Virus record (IMG/VR): IMGVR_UViG_3300024283_000074
Location: 1 to 35,872 of that record
Direction: 5' to 3' (one strand)
Length of the DNA: 35,872 bases
Source: a virus
Lineage: Duplodnaviria > Caudoviricetes
This document shows, in pieces, positions 32,735 to 35,872 of this stretch (positions are counted from its first letter, which is position 1; every line of letters starts with the position of its first letter). The position numbers and the translations under genes are program-made. A model generated the notes under the pieces. It was not told the DNA's origin. It saw only the letters and a program-made list of their open reading frames with translations, and did not search any database.

Positions 32735-34063
32735 ATGGCTAATTCTATTTCAGGGCAAGCGCTAGCGGGCGCAACGATTACTCTCAGCGGTGTGGCTTCT
32801 GCCGTTACTACTGCGGGACCAACCGGCTTGTATAGTTTCACCGGGCTAGCTGCCGGTGCGTACGTAATCAAACCCACCAAACCGGGAATCAAGTTTACAC
32901 CGACATCGTCTAATCAAACTATTGTGGCGTCAGATATCACAGGCGTTAACTTTCTCGGTCAACCCGTAGGATCACAAGGCTCAACGTACACGATTCAAAA
33001 CATCGTCGACCGTGTTATGAGTTTCGCTGACATCGAGCCTGTTCTCAATGTGGGCGGTTTCTCGCAAGAGCCCGCGCTAACGATTGCAAACGATGTGTTC
33101 AATGAGATTTGCTCGGTCAACTTTCCTCACAAATGGAACTCGGCGCAGCTTCCTCTTTTTTATACGTGGTCTTGGCAGCAAGATTACGCTCTCGTGAATC
33201 CAGATAATAGTTCTGTGTACGCGTTCGAGTGGTTGGAAAAAGGCATAGCGATTGACATCAGCAGCACTCAGCAACCCAAGCCTTGGGTCCGCGTCGAGTG
33301 CGGCAGAGCTTTGCCCCAACGCACAGGAACGTACTTGGCGAATGGCGGCACAAACATCGGCGATCCGGGTTTCCTTGTTGCTTCGTATCCCAACAACGAA
33401 CTTTATTACGGCACATGGGGTCAGCCAAACATCAATAGCGCGTCTTGGGGTAACAACCCCAAAGCAGGGTCGGTTTACATCGGACCTTTGGCAACAACAG
33501 CTATGCCTGCAAACCCGATTTCTCAAATCATCGACTCGAACGGCAATTTGCTCGTGTTGACTGGTTTCGGAACCGAGGGCGTTAACGCACCGACGGCTCC
33601 GATTGGCGCAGTCCCGGGAACACAAATTACCGGTGCAACTCGCGGCGACGCGTCTACTACGGTGTGGACAGTTGTTGATCCAATAGGTATGGGCATTCGT
33701 ATTTTGAACGTCCCATCGCAAACGGGCGTTGTGTGGCAATTTACTATCAACGGTCAGATGGTTCCGCCTAAGTTTGTAACGTTGGATGATGTTTTGTCCC
33801 CGTTCCCGGATAAATACGAGCCGTTCTTTCGTGCCGGTTTTATCGCGCAATGCTATCGCTATTCTCCCGAAGCAAAGGTGCGCGCGAAGTTTAAGGATGA
33901 ATGGGCATTGTGGAAAGCTTCTTTGGTTCAAATGCGTGAGACTCAAGACCGCGAATTGGAAGAGTGGTCTTTCCTTCCTGATCGCACCGTTATGGGAAGT
34001 GGACGCAGCAGAAATCAGTTCAAGGGGGCCGCGTGGCCTTTTCAGTACCCTGTTGTGGGCTAA
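32735..34063 (+). CDS. virion protein, probable head-tail connector-type with N-terminal Ig-like domain
   Basis: N-terminal GLYSFTGLAAGAYVIKP module; remainder is homologous to 34724..35659. Confidence 0.65.
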   Translation: MANSISGQALAGATITLSGVASAVTTAGPTGLYSFTGLAAGAYVIKPTKPGIKFTPTSSNQTIVASDITGVNFLGQPVGSQGSTYTIQNIVDRVMSFADIEPVLNVGGFSQEPALTIANDVFNEICSVNFPHKWNSAQLPLFYTWSWQQDYALVNPDNSSVYAFEWLEKGIAIDISSTQQPKPWVRVECGRALPQRTGTYLANGGTNIGDPGFLVASYPNNELYYGTWGQPNINSASWGNNPKAGSVYIGPLATTAMPANPISQIIDSNGNLLVLTGFGTEGVNAPTAPIGAVPGTQITGATRGDASTTVWTVVDPIGMGIRILNVPSQTGVVWQFTINGQMVPPKFVTLDDVLSPFPDKYEPFFRAGFIAQCYRYSPEAKVRAKFKDEWALWKASLVQMRETQDRELEEWSFLPDRTVMGSGRSRNQFKGAAWPFQYPVVG

Positions 34064-34064
34064 T

Positions 34065-34721
34065 ATGACTGGAATAATTTATCACATAGTTCACAAGAAT
34101 ACTAATCGTGTTATCAAAGTAGGAAGTACCATTCGTTCTTTGAAAATTCGTTTCAGACAACCTGATTATAGAGATAGATATAAAAACTACTTCATCAAAG
34201 AAGTCAAAAGAATTGAAAGCAGTGACTTGGATTTGTATGATTCGCAGGATTCTTTCTGTCCATTTCTATGGCATTTGGCAGCCGCCGAGCATATGGAAAT
34301 GATTCGAATGGGCACGTATCGTATTGGCGCTTTGTCCAATCAGTTTTCTCCTCTTTGGCAGAAATACGTAGGATTTGATGCCGTCGAAGCATCGAAAGCT
34401 GCCGGAAGTTTAGGTGCCAAAACAACCGTTGAGAAAAAGTTGGGAATCCACTCCCCTGATTTTGATAGAGTAAGCGCCTCTCGCAAAGGTGGCTTAACTA
34501 ACGTTGAAACAGGACATTTAAAACGCATATCTTCAGCAGGCGGCAAAGCCTGTGGACCGATAGTGGGCAAGAGAAATGCAGAATCGGGTTGGATGAAAAA
34601 AGTTCAACAGATGGGTTTAGGAAAAGGCGGCAAGATTGGCGGTCCCAAAGGTATGCACACCCGCTGGCACATTAATCGCGGGTTGGTTTCTTCCGACTGC
34701 AAATACTGTAAGGCATCGTAA
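34065..34721 (+). CDS. divergent GIY-YIG-like endonuclease
   Basis: MTGIIYHIVHK....IKVGST....R; Gly/Lys repeats; C-terminal HTRWHINR...CKYC shared with 30420..31061. Confidence 0.6.
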   Translation: MTGIIYHIVHKNTNRVIKVGSTIRSLKIRFRQPDYRDRYKNYFIKEVKRIESSDLDLYDSQDSFCPFLWHLAAAEHMEMIRMGTYRIGALSNQFSPLWQKYVGFDAVEASKAAGSLGAKTTVEKKLGIHSPDFDRVSASRKGGLTNVETGHLKRISSAGGKACGPIVGKRNAESGWMKKVQQMGLGKGGKIGGPKGMHTRWHINRGLVSSDCKYCKAS

Positions 34722-34723
34722 AA

Positions 34724-35659
34724 ATGTACACACTGACACAATCAATTAATTGGGCCCAAACGTTCGTCGAGTACGCCCCCCTGAATGCAGGCTTCGGCCA
34801 AGAGCCTGCAGTATCAACTGCGACGATGATTCGTTCTACGTTCTTGACCCCACCGATTGCGTGGCCTTGGAACAGAGCAACGTTCACTTTGTCTTCTCCG
34901 ACGGTAAAAGGAACGCAAGATTACACCGTTTTGCTCTCCGCGATCCCCGACTTCGGGTTTCTTGAAAAGGTAGCTATTCTTGATTCGAACGGTAAGTATT
35001 GGGAAATCACAGACGTCTACAACAACAACCCAATTTCGCTTGCATCCGAACCTCAGCGTCCCGAGTCTGCTTGTATCTTTTTGATTTCGAGCACGCAAAT
35101 AACGCTCCGTTTTATGGGCGTCCCGAACGCGGCGTACACAGTGACTTTGATTTATCAAAAGAAGCCACAGATGTTTGGTCCGTTTTCAATTACTGCGGCG
35201 GCAAACGCAGCCGGTTCGAACACCGCGTACACAGGCACGTTTGACCCTCTTTCTTTTCCAACAGGGTCAGTTGCTCAAATCACAGGCTTCACGGCGCACA
35301 CAGTCAACAACGGTTCGTTCGTGGTGGTTTCTTGTACAGCAACAACGCTCACCGTTGCTAATAATGCAGGCGTCGCAGAAACAGCAGCAGCGTTCGTATC
35401 CAACTTCGATTGGGCACCAATCCCTGATTGGTATCAAGACGTATACAACAATTTGTTCCTGAGTGAGATGTTGGCAGTAAACGACGACGCACGCTCTCAA
35501 GTTTATAGACAGCGCGGCGTAGCGGCGTTTTTGAGTAAATCTGAAGGTTTGACAGAAACGCAGAAAAAAAGTTTCGTCCAGCAATGGCTTGCACGAAGTG
35601 TTGAGATGAACACAACAGCCATAATGGCGCAAATGGGTAATCAAGGCCGTGGAATTTAA
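34724..35659 (+). CDS. virion protein, probable head-tail adaptor
   Basis: WPWN...TVKGTQDY..., P+..AYTVTLIYQKKP, PIPDWY motifs typical of phage adaptor-like proteins. Confidence 0.7.
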   Translation: MYTLTQSINWAQTFVEYAPLNAGFGQEPAVSTATMIRSTFLTPPIAWPWNRATFTLSSPTVKGTQDYTVLLSAIPDFGFLEKVAILDSNGKYWEITDVYNNNPISLASEPQRPESACIFLISSTQITLRFMGVPNAAYTVTLIYQKKPQMFGPFSITAAANAAGSNTAYTGTFDPLSFPTGSVAQITGFTAHTVNNGSFVVVSCTATTLTVANNAGVAETAAAFVSNFDWAPIPDWYQDVYNNLFLSEMLAVNDDARSQVYRQRGVAAFLSKSEGLTETQKKSFVQQWLARSVEMNTTAIMAQMGNQGRGI

Positions 35660-35684
35660 TCAGTAGTGCATAATAGGTGTAACA

Positions 35685-35872
35685 ATGAGTAGTTTAAATG
35701 AAGCTTTGTCGAGTATTCAACGACACAAGCAGTTGTTAGAAGAGGAAGAAAGGCAAAAAACGACGGGCCCACAAGGTCCTAGAGGAGAAACAGGTCCACG
35801 AGGTGTTCCGGGCCCGAGCGGTCCACAAGGTCCGCAAGGCCCCGTAGGTGAAAAAGGAAACGTCGGACCACA
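35685..35872 (+). CDS. collagen triple-helix repeat protein (partial, runs off the window)
   Basis: AGGTG SD; [10 protein letters not shown]... then [35 protein letters not shown]. Confidence 0.75.
   Translation, partial: MSSLNEALSSIQRHKQLLEEEERQKTTGPQGPRGETGPRGVPGPSGPQGPQGPVGEKGNVGP

Noticed and set aside
33077-33946. 289-aa minus-strand ORF and similar long antisense ORFs (16476, 23587, 29053)
   Set aside because: Antisense shadows of well-supported + strand genes

Overview
This window is a segment of a tailed dsDNA bacteriophage genome, almost entirely on the + strand after about 3 kb. Left end: three minus-strand hypothetical genes, then a ~1.6 kb non-coding strand-switch region with degenerate repeats. 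4.9-14.5 kb: a large RNA-gene array with 33 tRNA genes covering all 20 amino acids (several non-canonical), a phage-encoded RNase P RNA, a tandem circularly permuted tRNA-like (Y RNA-like) element and several unassigned structured RNAs, interspersed with small ORFs, a trypsin-like protease and HNH endonucleases. 14.6-35.9 kb: virion morphogenesis genes (terminase large subunit, portal, scaffold, major capsid protein, head-tail proteins, start of a collagen-repeat protein). The capsid gene is split by three ORF-less group I introns; splicing restores a 342-aa protein. Most striking: eight of the nine free-standing homing-endonuclease-like genes (HNH, endonuclease VII and GIY-YIG types) are each preceded by the same two-hairpin leader. 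In every copy the two 7-nt loops are perfectly complementary but differ in sequence between copies, implying a covarying kissing loop that buries the Shine-Dalgarno sequence. All calls were made by eye, without database searches or folding software.
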